Below, in pieces: positions 34,232-42,857 of a stretch of DNA of 42,857 nucleotides. The notes beneath the pieces were generated by a model, which was given only the letters and a program-made list of their open reading frames with translations, was not told the origin of the DNA and ran no database searches. Source of the DNA: a virus (lineage: Duplodnaviria; Caudoviricetes); the IMG/VR virus record IMGVR_UViG_3300020045_003670, positions 1-42,857 of that record; one strand, written 5' to 3'. Position numbers and translations under genes: made by a program. Position 1 is the first letter of the stretch, and the number at the start of each line of letters is the position of its first letter.

Positions 34232-36742
34232 ATGGTAAAAGCTATAAGCGTGCCTCAGGTAATCGCCGCCGAAGCCGTTTCAGGAACCTACGCAGAGCGT
34301 TGGGCTGACATGGTTGGCATCGCCAGTGTTATTGCCAACAGAGCGGCGATGATGGGCGTAACAGCAGAAGACGTTGTGGGCCTTACCAAGGAATTCAACG
34401 CTTACAATAACCCAATGCCTGCCGGCACTCAAGCGCTCACTGACATGGCAGAACAGGCCATGCGCTATGTCGAAGAGAACGGGCCAGTGCACAAGGCAAC
34501 GTTCTACGCCACACCGGAAACCGTAGACAATCTTCCAAAAGGGCTAGACTACGAGACGGAAACAACGGGGCACATCTATAAAAGCGATCCTCAGTTTCGT
34601 AATATTGAGACCGCACAAGGGTACAAAAAGGTCAACCCCGAGAACGCTCCACAACTCGCCAGCCAAGACCCTTTGCAGTCTGCGCTCACGCGGCCATATG
34701 AAGCCAATGGGCTGATCAATGGGGTTAACTCTCTCGGTGGGCTGGCTGGCGTTGCGGCTGACACAGCGGTTACATCTCAGGCAATGCCGGCGGTTGCAGC
34801 AGATCCGGCATTTGGTGCCAACGGACTTCTGACTGGAACGCCTCAGACATTCGCTGGTCTTCTTTCCCCGACCGCTCCACAGGATAGCTTTGGTGATGTC
34901 GCCGCAGCCGGTCCAATGGGGCTGATTAGCGCTCCAGATCCAACGCAGCAGGCAATGACAGGCCCATACGAAGCCAACGGCCTGCGTAACACCATTACAT
35001 CCGCGTCTGATGTCCCGTCGAATGTCGTGCAGTCTACGCCGGTCAGTGGCATTCTGTCAGGCCCGCAAGATCCGGCATTCGGCCAAAATGGTCTCATGGC
35101 CGGCGCATTTCCCGGCGAGGTGTCGGACACGCAATATGCGGCATCTCAGGCACCCGCGCCATCCGCCGCAAACCAGTCAAACTTCGCCACTGGACTATTG
35201 GCACAGAATGATTATGCCGGTGCAGCGCCGACGACAGACAGGCTCAACGGCAGTGTTGTGCAGACCGCAGATCCTGGCAGGCTTGCGGCTCCAAGCCAAC
35301 TTGACACGGCAAACGCTGCGCTGAATGCGTCTATCCAGCAGGCAATCAATACTCCGAACGTTGCGAACACCGATAATTTCAGCGCCCTTGCGGCGGCTGG
35401 CCCCGTATCCGCGCCGATGTCTGTTGCAGCTCAAGGCGGGCTTCTAGGAAATCCGGCTCTTTCGGCGGCGGCAAGCGTTCCGATGTCGGCTGCTTTGTTT
35501 GCTCCGAACATCGAACAGGCACCGGCCGCAAACAGCTTCTCAGAACTGGCAGCGGCTGGACCTATATCCGCTCCTATGGATGTATCCGCAACTGGCCTGC
35601 TTGGTGGGCAGGATCTCGCGGCAAGCGCAAAGGCAGTCCCATCCGTAAATGCAACTGCGGCCGGTCTACTCGGTGCCGCGCCGAACCTGCAAGCGTCTGC
35701 CGTTGCGTCACCTCAAGCCGCAACCGGCATTACATCTCCCGGCTTCCAAGAGATTGCAGCGCAGGCACAGAAAAATCTCGCTGATATGCAGGCGCAGCAG
35801 ACGCCATCATTCGCCGCGCCGGCTGTCACGCCTAGCGTATCGATGCCGACACAAAACAATTTTGGCGACATGGCCGCAGCTGGTCCGCTCGCAACGGGGC
35901 TTCTCAGCGCTCCAGCAGTGGCAGCGCCTCAGACTATGGCCGTGACACCTTCTCTCCTGTCTGGAACGCAACTCGCCAATGTCGATCCGACCTTGACATC
36001 TTCGGTCACGTCGATGGGGATTCTGTCTCAGCCTTCGCTTGCGGGGCTTGCAAACCAGTACAAGACACTCACGCCGCCAGACGCAACATCTCTCGACGTT
36101 GCCACGCCAGAAGTTGCGCCTAGCACCATTAATATCGCGCAAGACCCGGCTGTATCAATGCCGAACATCAGCACGATTTCGGTGCCAGACCAGCCGACGA
36201 TTGCGGCAAACCCAACTGTCACAGCAACAACCCCGACGATCGACGGCCCGGTAAATACGCCAGCAGTTACCCAACAGCAAGTGACTGCAACCGCACCATC
36301 GGCAACAGGCATTAGCGGGAACGCAAAGAAGGGCTTGTTCTCCGGCCTGATGAACAAGGAAACGGCCATAGGTGGCCTTCTGGGCGGGTTGACGCTTGGT
36401 CCAGTCGGTGGGTTGCTTGGCGGACTTCTCGGCTCTCAGGTGGCTAACAATGGCGGTCTGACCGGCCTTCTCGGTGGGCCGATGAGCATCAACAACATCG
36501 GCTCCGGTCTGGCAAATACATCGTCTGTCTGGGGCGGCGCTCCGATGGGTACGCAGGCGTATACGAACAATAATGGCACCGTAACTAGCCTCGGTGGTGG
36601 CTGGACGGCTGTAACGGGACCATCAGGCGTAACAACGTCCTTTGGGCCGAACAACACACATGCCGGCTATTTCGGTGCGGACATCGGCGGGCGCACTCCT
36701 GGCGGTGCACCTGGCGGCGGTGGCGGCGGCGGCTCGCTCTAA
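34232..36742 (+). CDS. Virion ejection protein: N-terminal SleB/Hydrolase_2-like cell-wall hydrolase plus long low-complexity repeat region
   Basis: VIAAEA...MVGIASVIANRA...FNAY...ATFYATP...GHIYK; internal peptide repeats; glycine-zipper GGLLGG near the C-terminus. Confidence 0.7.
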   Translation: MVKAISVPQVIAAEAVSGTYAERWADMVGIASVIANRAAMMGVTAEDVVGLTKEFNAYNNPMPAGTQALTDMAEQAMRYVEENGPVHKATFYATPETVDNLPKGLDYETETTGHIYKSDPQFRNIETAQGYKKVNPENAPQLASQDPLQSALTRPYEANGLINGVNSLGGLAGVAADTAVTSQAMPAVAADPAFGANGLLTGTPQTFAGLLSPTAPQDSFGDVAAAGPMGLISAPDPTQQAMTGPYEANGLRNTITSASDVPSNVVQSTPVSGILSGPQDPAFGQNGLMAGAFPGEVSDTQYAASQAPAPSAANQSNFATGLLAQNDYAGAAPTTDRLNGSVVQTADPGRLAAPSQLDTANAALNASIQQAINTPNVANTDNFSALAAAGPVSAPMSVAAQGGLLGNPALSAAASVPMSAALFAPNIEQAPAANSFSELAAAGPISAPMDVSATGLLGGQDLAASAKAVPSVNATAAGLLGAAPNLQASAVASPQAATGITSPGFQEIAAQAQKNLADMQAQQTPSFAAPAVTPSVSMPTQNNFGDMAAAGPLATGLLSAPAVAAPQTMAVTPSLLSGTQLANVDPTLTSSVTSMGILSQPSLAGLANQYKTLTPPDATSLDVATPEVAPSTINIAQDPAVSMPNISTISVPDQPTIAANPTVTATTPTIDGPVNTPAVTQQQVTATAPSATGISGNAKKGLFSGLMNKETAIGGLLGGLTLGPVGGLLGGLLGSQVANNGGLTGLLGGPMSINNIGSGLANTSSVWGGAPMGTQAYTNNNGTVTSLGGGWTAVTGPSGVTTSFGPNNTHAGYFGADIGGRTPGGAPGGGGGGGSL

Positions 36743-36803
36743 ACAACCAAACACATCAGCAACGGCTCAACTCTCGTCATGACATGGCGGGTGGAGATAT
36801 TTC

Positions 36804-37730
36804 ATGGCAAAAACGAGAATTTCCGAATACTCGCAAACCGCGACATCCAATCTGGATATCAACGGGGTCGGCATTGCTGGCAACGACACGGCGCGAAACA
36901 TCCGGCCTGCATTTCAACAGCTCATGAAGGCTTTGGCCGACATGAATGCTGGAACGGCACTGGATGATACATTCGCTCTGCGCAATGTCACCGACACCAC
37001 AAAGGTAGTCGAGATTTCGGCAGAGAACGTCCCGACAGGCACGATCTACACACTCGACGCGGCGGCTCTGTTTAGGCAGGGCGCGTGCATCGAGACAATT
37101 CACACAGCAAGCGGAACACACACGTTCAACACTGCCTCAACCTACTTCCAGATCGAGGCGGTTGGTGGCGGTGGTGGCGGTGGTGGCGTCGATGGTCAGG
37201 GCGCTGGAAACTATGCGGCGGCTGGCGGTGGATCGAGCGGCTTTTACGGTCGCAGCCGTGTCCTGTCCAGAGGCGCAATTCTCACCGGAACAATCGTTGT
37301 CGGTGCGGCTGGTGCGGCTGGTGTCGGCCTAGCTGGCGGCAACGGTGGGGATGGCGGTGACACGACTTGGACCGATGGCACGAATTCCTTCACATGGGGC
37401 GGTGGCAAGGGCGGTGAAGGCCGCACAGCGATCTCTACAGGCGCGGACGGCTATGGCGGTCTGAGGGCGTCTGTGACCGGCACACTGTACGGTTTCTCAT
37501 CGATTGGTGATCAGGGCAAAACAGACCGTGCGCAGTTCTTCATGCTCTCGGGCAAGGGCGGCTCTAGCGGGCTTGGATCTGGCGGTTGTTTGACCGGTCC
37601 AAGTTCGTCTGCAGGACAGTCTGGGAATGGATATGGCGCGGGTGGTTCCGGCGCTCAAGCCTACGAAGGCGCGACAAATTATGCGGGTGGTGCTGGCAGC
37701 ATCGGCCTTCTCATCGTGAGGGAGTGGTAA
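36804..37730 (+). CDS. Tail fibre/adapter with N-terminal anchor and glycine-rich domain
   Basis: EYSQTATSNLDINGVGIA...RPAFQQLMKALAD anchor; IEAVGGGGGGG...GLLIVREW Gly-rich domain. Confidence 0.75.
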   Translation: MAKTRISEYSQTATSNLDINGVGIAGNDTARNIRPAFQQLMKALADMNAGTALDDTFALRNVTDTTKVVEISAENVPTGTIYTLDAAALFRQGACIETIHTASGTHTFNTASTYFQIEAVGGGGGGGGVDGQGAGNYAAAGGGSSGFYGRSRVLSRGAILTGTIVVGAAGAAGVGLAGGNGGDGGDTTWTDGTNSFTWGGGKGGEGRTAISTGADGYGGLRASVTGTLYGFSSIGDQGKTDRAQFFMLSGKGGSSGLGSGGCLTGPSSSAGQSGNGYGAGGSGAQAYEGATNYAGGAGSIGLLIVREW

Positions 37731-37731
37731 C

Positions 37732-39417
37732 ATGGTTACATTCACCGGAACACCTGTTGCTCTTGCTGCCAAGCCTTTCACCACGACTGGCATTGCATCT
37801 CTGATTGGTGTGAATGACGAAGGCGCAATAAAGCGCTCCTACATCGGTGGGGGCGTCAGCCTGAAAAATTTTGGCTCCCCAGCAACCGGGAATGACTGGA
37901 CCCTTGTTTGGCAGAATGCCGTTGACAGTGGTGAGACAATCATCGTCCCGCGAGGAACTTTTATCCTTGAGGGCGCGGACGTATCGGCGGGGAACCTGCG
38001 CGAAGGCATATGCATCATAGGTGAGAGCTGGTCTGAGAGCATTCTTAAACTTGCGGATGGCGCGAACAACCATCTTCTCGCTCATTCAACAATCAATGAT
38101 GTGTATCTGCGAAACATAATCCTTGATGCCAACAAAGCAAATCAGGGCCTAGGCAGCGGTCATAACTATCGCGGGTTTTATCTCCTGGGGAACTGTGAAC
38201 GAATTAGCGTAGAGGACATGACAGTCCGCAACTCAGTTGATCACGGATTTATGCTCTCGGCTGGCGGTGATCCGGCAGACCGATGCGGCATTGATTCCGT
38301 CATCAAAAATCTTCGCGTGGAGAATAGCGGTTCCGCAGCGCATATATCCGCTGGAGGTGCTGGTGGTAGCGGGATCAATGGCGGGGACTACTCTACGTCT
38401 TGGATTAGCTGCTACGGCACTGGAAATTATCTCAACGGCATGAAGACCCAAGGGAAGATGTTCTATTGCTATTCGTATCTGAATGGGTCTGGGTTTGAAA
38501 CCGGCTTCACAACACCAGAGGTGAAGGACGCTTATTATTACGGCTGTGTTGCCTATGGCAACACCGGTGACGGTTTTCGAAATCAGGGGCAGACAGACCG
38601 CATTACGTGGATCGGTGGTCAGTCGGCTAATAATGGCCAATGCGGTATCACGCTCGTGAACGGGATCGATAAGGCCCGAATCATCGGGATGGATATCGTG
38701 AACAACAACCAGCTGAATCAGACACGAGCTAATACCGTAGGACGGGACGGCATCTTTTTTGGGGAGGGATCACAAGATCCATCTGAGGTTATCATCGACT
38801 CTTGTAATATTTACGATGATCAAGGAACCGCAACGCAGGAATATGGTATCTATTTCCTCGGCGCTCCAGGTGGGTCAGTACGTATTACGAGAACGAATAT
38901 AATAAAAGACAATCTGCTTGGTAGTACATACGTTTCTGCTACTGCTACCGGTGGGGAAATTGACATAGAGCCATATGATGGGTGCTCTGGTAAGTATCGT
39001 AATAACACATCCGTATCTGTCACTGGTACATTGACGGACACCTCGCTAATGGATAGGACAATTATTGCTCGGGAGTTGCCTCCAAGGGCAATTTTTAGAG
39101 GAAAAGCTGTTGGAACAGTCACTGGTACTAACGGAACAAAGACAATAAGATTGAATGTGGGTGGGTCAGGCGCAGTAATCTCAAGCCAGGCGGCAGGTGA
39201 GACTCAGAGGTGGGGGGTTAACTTCACTATCTTGAGGCAAGCAAGCACTAGGGTCGATGTCCTTTATAGTGCCTTTGAGGTCGGAGGGACTTCGGGATCT
39301 GGGTGCTTTTCTCTGACTACATCACTTGGAACGGACTTACCCATTTCGATCACAGGTCAACTCGGAAATATTGCCGACACGATCACGGCGGAACTTTTGG
39401 ATTTGACGATTGAGTAA
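37732..39417 (+). CDS. Tailspike with right-handed beta-helix (pectate-lyase-like depolymerase)
   Basis: SLKNFG..ATGNDWT...VPRGTF...IIGES..SILKL...LDANKANQ; Asn/Gly ladder repeats. Confidence 0.8.
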   Translation: MVTFTGTPVALAAKPFTTTGIASLIGVNDEGAIKRSYIGGGVSLKNFGSPATGNDWTLVWQNAVDSGETIIVPRGTFILEGADVSAGNLREGICIIGESWSESILKLADGANNHLLAHSTINDVYLRNIILDANKANQGLGSGHNYRGFYLLGNCERISVEDMTVRNSVDHGFMLSAGGDPADRCGIDSVIKNLRVENSGSAAHISAGGAGGSGINGGDYSTSWISCYGTGNYLNGMKTQGKMFYCYSYLNGSGFETGFTTPEVKDAYYYGCVAYGNTGDGFRNQGQTDRITWIGGQSANNGQCGITLVNGIDKARIIGMDIVNNNQLNQTRANTVGRDGIFFGEGSQDPSEVIIDSCNIYDDQGTATQEYGIYFLGAPGGSVRITRTNIIKDNLLGSTYVSATATGGEIDIEPYDGCSGKYRNNTSVSVTGTLTDTSLMDRTIIARELPPRAIFRGKAVGTVTGTNGTKTIRLNVGGSGAVISSQAAGETQRWGVNFTILRQASTRVDVLYSAFEVGGTSGSGCFSLTTSLGTDLPISITGQLGNIADTITAELLDLTIE

Positions 39418-39493
39418 CCCACCTTCATGAACCTCATATGGAATAGTTGCCTCGCCGGCATCTTGCCTCTATATGAGGTCGGGTGGAGGCAAG

Positions 39494-39856
39494 ATGGTCA
39501 GATATTCTGAAATCTTAAGACAACTAGAAGCATGCGAAGCACCAGATAAGTCGCTTGATCGTCTGATCAGCGTGACCTTGACGGGCGGCAGGATGGACCT
39601 GCCTTTCACTTCATCCCTGCATTCTGCGAACGCAATCATAGAGGAATACGTGCCGGGCTTGGTTCTTAACGACATTCAAACTCAGGCGGGAACAACGGTT
39701 ATCAGAGATGCATGGTGTTCCGCAGTCTTTGGTGGGGAAGAATTCGTGGTTGCCACCGTAGATGATCCCATCATAGCGTCAGAAGCCGTTGCTAGGTTGA
39801 TTGCGGTCTTCCGTGTGATGAGCAAGGCTGAAGTCATACAGGACGTTGGGGCATGA
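39494..39856 (+). CDS. Hypothetical protein (ABA-sandwich-like)
   Basis: GGAGG SD; LDRLI...PFTSSLHSA...VPG pattern. Confidence 0.55.
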   Translation: MVRYSEILRQLEACEAPDKSLDRLISVTLTGGRMDLPFTSSLHSANAIIEEYVPGLVLNDIQTQAGTTVIRDAWCSAVFGGEEFVVATVDDPIIASEAVARLIAVFRVMSKAEVIQDVGA

Positions 39857-40009
39857 TTGAGAAAAGGCTCCACTTCATTTGGCTTTCCGACAAAAATACC
39901 CCCCTGCCAGGTGACATGGCGCCCAATATCGCACAGCATCGCAGTCCGGCGCTACCGACTTAGTGGTGAAAGCGCAGTGCACGCTTGGCAACGTCATAAC
40001 CTGCCTCGC

Positions 40010-40741
40010 TCAAAGTCCAAATGCGGCTCGCAGGTCGGCTGAAGCGTTTAGTTCCTCAAGGCCAGTTTTCATTTGGTTTGCAGCGTTGCTGCCATGTATC
40101 ATCTGAGCCCACATTGGTTGCGCCGTCGCAGTTTCCCTGACGGAAAAGACCTTCGGAGCTTCGTGGTGGGCAAACCCAAATGCTGTCTTCATCTCGTTCG
40201 AGGGGCGCTCGACGACGCCAAGAAATGGATTATTCAGATACACGTAGGCGAAAAGCTTGCCATTGTGCGCTTGCGCACCGTATGGAAATTCCAGGACAGA
40301 TGGAACGGCGTTGTTATTTTCCGCCGACCTTCCGGCGGTGTGCATTGCGGAGACATAGTCTCGATGGATCAAATCGTCGGTGTCCAGTCGGCAGGTCAGC
40401 ACATTCTCTTCGGTGCCGCCAATTTCGAGAATCTTAGCGATCATTTCCAACATGAACCCTTTGCCTTCCCCTGGCCGATTATTGGAGATGATCGGCACAA
40501 TTCTCGGATGCGACTTCAGCCTTTCGAGTAGCTCGGCGACCTCGTCGGTTATCACTGTGTCGAACCCAATGATCCATTTGAAGTGGGGGAAACTCTGGTT
40601 AAGAACTGACGGGAGCGTATACTTCTCAAATAGATCAACCCGATTGGCGCACCACTTCGCGAATTGGTCATCAGTTACGCTGGCCATTTCCCGGAAATGT
40701 TTAATGTAAATGTTGAAGCGTGAAATCAGAAACAGTCGCAT
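40010..40741 (-). CDS. Putative rhamnosyltransferase (Rhamno_transf-like GT-A) moron
   Basis: LISRFN...W..NRVDLFEKYTLPSVLNQS..FKWII...CRLDTDDLIH...IHGSN. Confidence 0.75.
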   Translation of the reverse strand: MRLFLISRFNIYIKHFREMASVTDDQFAKWCANRVDLFEKYTLPSVLNQSFPHFKWIIGFDTVITDEVAELLERLKSHPRIVPIISNNRPGEGKGFMLEMIAKILEIGGTEENVLTCRLDTDDLIHRDYVSAMHTAGRSAENNNAVPSVLEFPYGAQAHNGKLFAYVYLNNPFLGVVERPSNEMKTAFGFAHHEAPKVFSVRETATAQPMWAQMIHGSNAANQMKTGLEELNASADLRAAFGL

Positions 40742-40807
40742 CGGTTTTCCAGACGAGTTTAGAGCGTGCATTTTAGATTGAAAGTACCTACCATCCTCTG
40801 AGACGTA

Positions 40808-41017
40808 ATGACAGGCGTCGTCTCTCTGTGCCCAGAATGCGGGAGCCCAACAGGTGGAATTTTCAATGACGTCGTGATTTGCTACAGTTGCGATCACGCC
40901 GGCCCACGCCAAAGCGGGCCGAATCCAGACTGGAGGAAAGCAATCGCCGATTGGAACGAACTGGCGGAAGATCGCCACTCGAAAGGCGACAGGCCGAAGT
41001 CGCTCTACTTGGACTGA
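40808..41017 (+). CDS. Lar-like (restriction alleviation) zinc-finger protein
   Basis: CPECG...VICYSCDHAGP...AIADWN. Confidence 0.6.
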   Translation: MTGVVSLCPECGSPTGGIFNDVVICYSCDHAGPRQSGPNPDWRKAIADWNELAEDRHSKGDRPKSLYLD

Positions 41018-41041
41018 CGCCAATCAACATCAAATGATCGC

Positions 41042-41071
41042 AAGGCCTCTTTCCGGGGGCCTTTTTCTTTT
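41042..41071 (+). terminator. Intrinsic terminator
   Basis: AAGGCCTCT-TTCC-GGGGGCCTT followed by TTTCTTTT. Confidence 0.75.
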
Positions 41072-41084
41072 CAAGGAGAAAGCA

Positions 41085-41816
41085 ATGAAACTGTCCTCTC
41101 AAGGGGCGGCCGACATTCGGCTGCATGAAGGGTTTGTAGACCACGTTTACAAAGACCCAATCGGGATTTTAACTTTGGGTGTCGGCTTCACGATGCGATC
41201 AAGCTCGTTCAAGAAATGGTGGGCTGCTAATCGTGCCGGCGTCACGTTCGGACCCGGAGCAACGATGACAAAGACAGAAGCCGACCAAGCGCTGATTTAC
41301 CTTGCAGACGAAGAGTACGGGGCATCTGTCAACAAGTTCCTAGGCAAAACCGTTCCACAGAATGTCTTTGATGCGATGCTCTCGATGGTTTTCAATTGCG
41401 GCGCAAAGTCGCTCGACTGGACATGGGCGCAGCTTGCCAAGAATGGCGACTATGACGCTTCTGCTGAAAGGCTCCGCACCACCGCCACAACGGCCTCTGG
41501 AAAGCGTTTAGCTGGTCTCGTGACCCGTAGGGCAGACGAGGCGCGGCTTCTATCGCAGGGCATCTATGCGTCTGGCGGCAGAGTATCAATGCCGGAAGAT
41601 CAGGCAATGTCAGATGGCATCCTTAAGAGAGGCGAACGCGGCGAGTCTGTCGCTAACCTCCAGCGCAATCTCATTCGATTTGGGTTCAAGCCTGGCGCTG
41701 CTGATGGGGTATTCGGCTTCGGCACAGAAGCGGCTGTAATCGCATTTCAAAAAACGCAAAACCTCAAGGCAGACGGCATCGCAGGACCGATGACGCTCGC
41801 TAAACTCAAAGATTGA
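41085..41816 (+). CDS. Endolysin: GH24 lysozyme plus C-terminal PG_binding_1 domain
   Basis: HEGFVDHVYKDPIGILTLGVG...GLVTRRADE; GESVANLQRNL...ADGVFG..TEAAVIAFQ...ADGIAGP. Confidence 0.92.
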   Translation: MKLSSQGAADIRLHEGFVDHVYKDPIGILTLGVGFTMRSSSFKKWWAANRAGVTFGPGATMTKTEADQALIYLADEEYGASVNKFLGKTVPQNVFDAMLSMVFNCGAKSLDWTWAQLAKNGDYDASAERLRTTATTASGKRLAGLVTRRADEARLLSQGIYASGGRVSMPEDQAMSDGILKRGERGESVANLQRNLIRFGFKPGAADGVFGFGTEAAVIAFQKTQNLKADGIAGPMTLAKLKD

Positions 41817-41828
41817 AAGGATACCGCC

Positions 41829-42185
41829 ATGACCAATCCCCTGACCACAGCAACATCGATCGGTGTGGCCATCCGTTATTCCATCGCAATCGCGTCCTCC
41901 ATCCTCACCATCGTTAGCATCCTTGGCTGGCTTACACCTGAGCAGGTTGCGGGCATCATCGAAAAGGTTCGCATGATCACTGCGCAAGTTCCAGAGTTGC
42001 TGACCGCTAGCGCTGGCCTCGTAGCCATCCTCATGCCGGTCTACGCGGCGGTTACCAAGTCAAATTCAGACAAGGCCCAGGTTGCCGCTAACGCGATCGA
42101 CAAGCTTATTCCGGCAAGCCAGACCGTTATCATTGAGACGCCCCCTGGCCGGCCAGACATCGTAGTTCGTGGTGTGGAGAAGTAA
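41829..42185 (+). CDS. Holin-like membrane protein
   Basis: Two TM helices; directly after the endolysin. Confidence 0.6.
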   Translation: MTNPLTTATSIGVAIRYSIAIASSILTIVSILGWLTPEQVAGIIEKVRMITAQVPELLTASAGLVAILMPVYAAVTKSNSDKAQVAANAIDKLIPASQTVIIETPPGRPDIVVRGVEK

Positions 42186-42186
42186 C

Positions 42187-42465
42187 ATGATGAAACTCGC
42201 CGCAATCATTCTCGCTCTAATCCCATCGATGGCAGGCGCTGCTGTTTGCGTTCCTGACTTCATTGCCTTCACCAAGGCAGTGAAAGAAAAGGCGGGGCAA
42301 TCCATCATCTGGTATGGTGAAGGACCGCATAAGGGAGACAAATACGTTATTTTCTCTAGCCCAAAAACACTGGAATGGACGGCTGTGCGCGTAGCACCAA
42401 CTGGAAAGGCTTGCATCCTCGTCGGTGGGGTAGGATCAAAGCTTGTAACCAACGCGCCGTTCTAG
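42187..42465 (+). CDS. Small secreted protein
   Basis: Signal peptide MMKLAAIILALIPSMAGA; WTAV...GKACILVGG. Confidence 0.6.
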   Translation: MMKLAAIILALIPSMAGAAVCVPDFIAFTKAVKEKAGQSIIWYGEGPHKGDKYVIFSSPKTLEWTAVRVAPTGKACILVGGVGSKLVTNAPF

Positions 42466-42494
42466 TTAACCGTGACAAACAGAAAGTTGAGCGC

Positions 42495-42794
42495 ATGATA
42501 CTTGGTGGCCAAGATCATAGATTCTGGATTGCGGTCATAGGTGCTGCGGCATTCAAGGTCTGGACCTCGCAGTCAAAACAGCGATCAAAATGGGGTGCGG
42601 CACTGACCGGCGCGTTTGCCGTGTTTTGCCCTTATGTTTTCACTGACCCGACGCTTGCTGTACTCGGGTGGGGAGAGGGGTATAAAATCATTGTTGCCGC
42701 CATGCTCACGCTTACAGGCGAGGGCATCATGCGATGGGTGGTTAATCTCACGCCGGATAAGGCTATTGAACTTTGGCGGGAGTTCAAGAAATGA
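42495..42794 (+). CDS. Membrane protein, second holin candidate (3 TM)
   Basis: Three hydrophobic segments and a basic C-terminus. Confidence 0.55.
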   Translation: MILGGQDHRFWIAVIGAAAFKVWTSQSKQRSKWGAALTGAFAVFCPYVFTDPTLAVLGWGEGYKIIVAAMLTLTGEGIMRWVVNLTPDKAIELWREFKK

Positions 42795-42857
42795 GACTTT
42801 GGCACCTGACAGAATGGCAATGGCTCAAGACGATCCTGCTTATGTGGGCCGTCGTTA
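42791..42857 (+). CDS. 5' fragment of a hydrophobic N-terminal protein (lysis region)
   Basis: ATGA overlap; MRLWHLTEWQWLKTILLMWAVV...; truncated by the window edge. Confidence 0.45.
   Translation, partial: MRLWHLTEWQWLKTILLMWAVV

Noticed and set aside
34690-35900. DGR template/variable repeat pair among the repeats in ORF 34232
   Set aside because: Repeats are short, in-frame and differ mainly at synonymous positions rather than adenines; no RT
40742-41023. N-terminal extension of the rhamnosyltransferase ORF to 41023
   Set aside because: The GT motif starts at Met 40741, and the extension overlaps the Lar-like ORF on the other strand
1-42857. Integrase, att sites, IS elements, rRNA or host genes
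   Set aside because: None recognisable; the window is phage sequence from end to end and is truncated on both sides

Overview
The window is about 43 kb of a temperate, lambdoid-organised podovirus with a P22-like head, almost certainly from an alphaproteobacterial (Rhizobiales-type) host. Host evidence is a GapR/DUF2312 gene, an RcGTA-type head-spike base gene, a BrnA antitoxin and cuckoo-like anti-SD hairpins. Gene order: truncated leftward early operon; immunity region (short cI, cro, mirrored PL/PR promoters with ATGCAT-N3-ATGCAT operators); rightward early operon of translationally coupled small genes (GapR, RusA, adenine MTase, short replication proteins, DnaA-C/OmpR-type HTHs, putative late regulator); late leader; small accessory genes; terS/terL; portal; scaffold; P22-type coat; glycosyltransferase; adaptor/nozzle; ejection proteins (one with a SleB-like hydrolase and a long repeat tail); two receptor-binding proteins; a reverse-strand rhamnosyltransferase-like moron; and the lysis genes. 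No integrase or att site is in the window, so prophage versus free phage cannot be decided. The most unusual signals are two long, densely base-paired + strand non-coding elements that I cannot assign to any RNA family: about 643-888 inside the immunity region (two GCAA tetraloops, nested helices, a possible pseudoknot) and about 11717-12190 directly behind the putative late promoter (nested long-range helices and three CGGGCAAC hairpin motifs about 140 nt apart). All protein calls come from motif recognition by eye and gene context. All RNA structures were paired by hand and are not computed.
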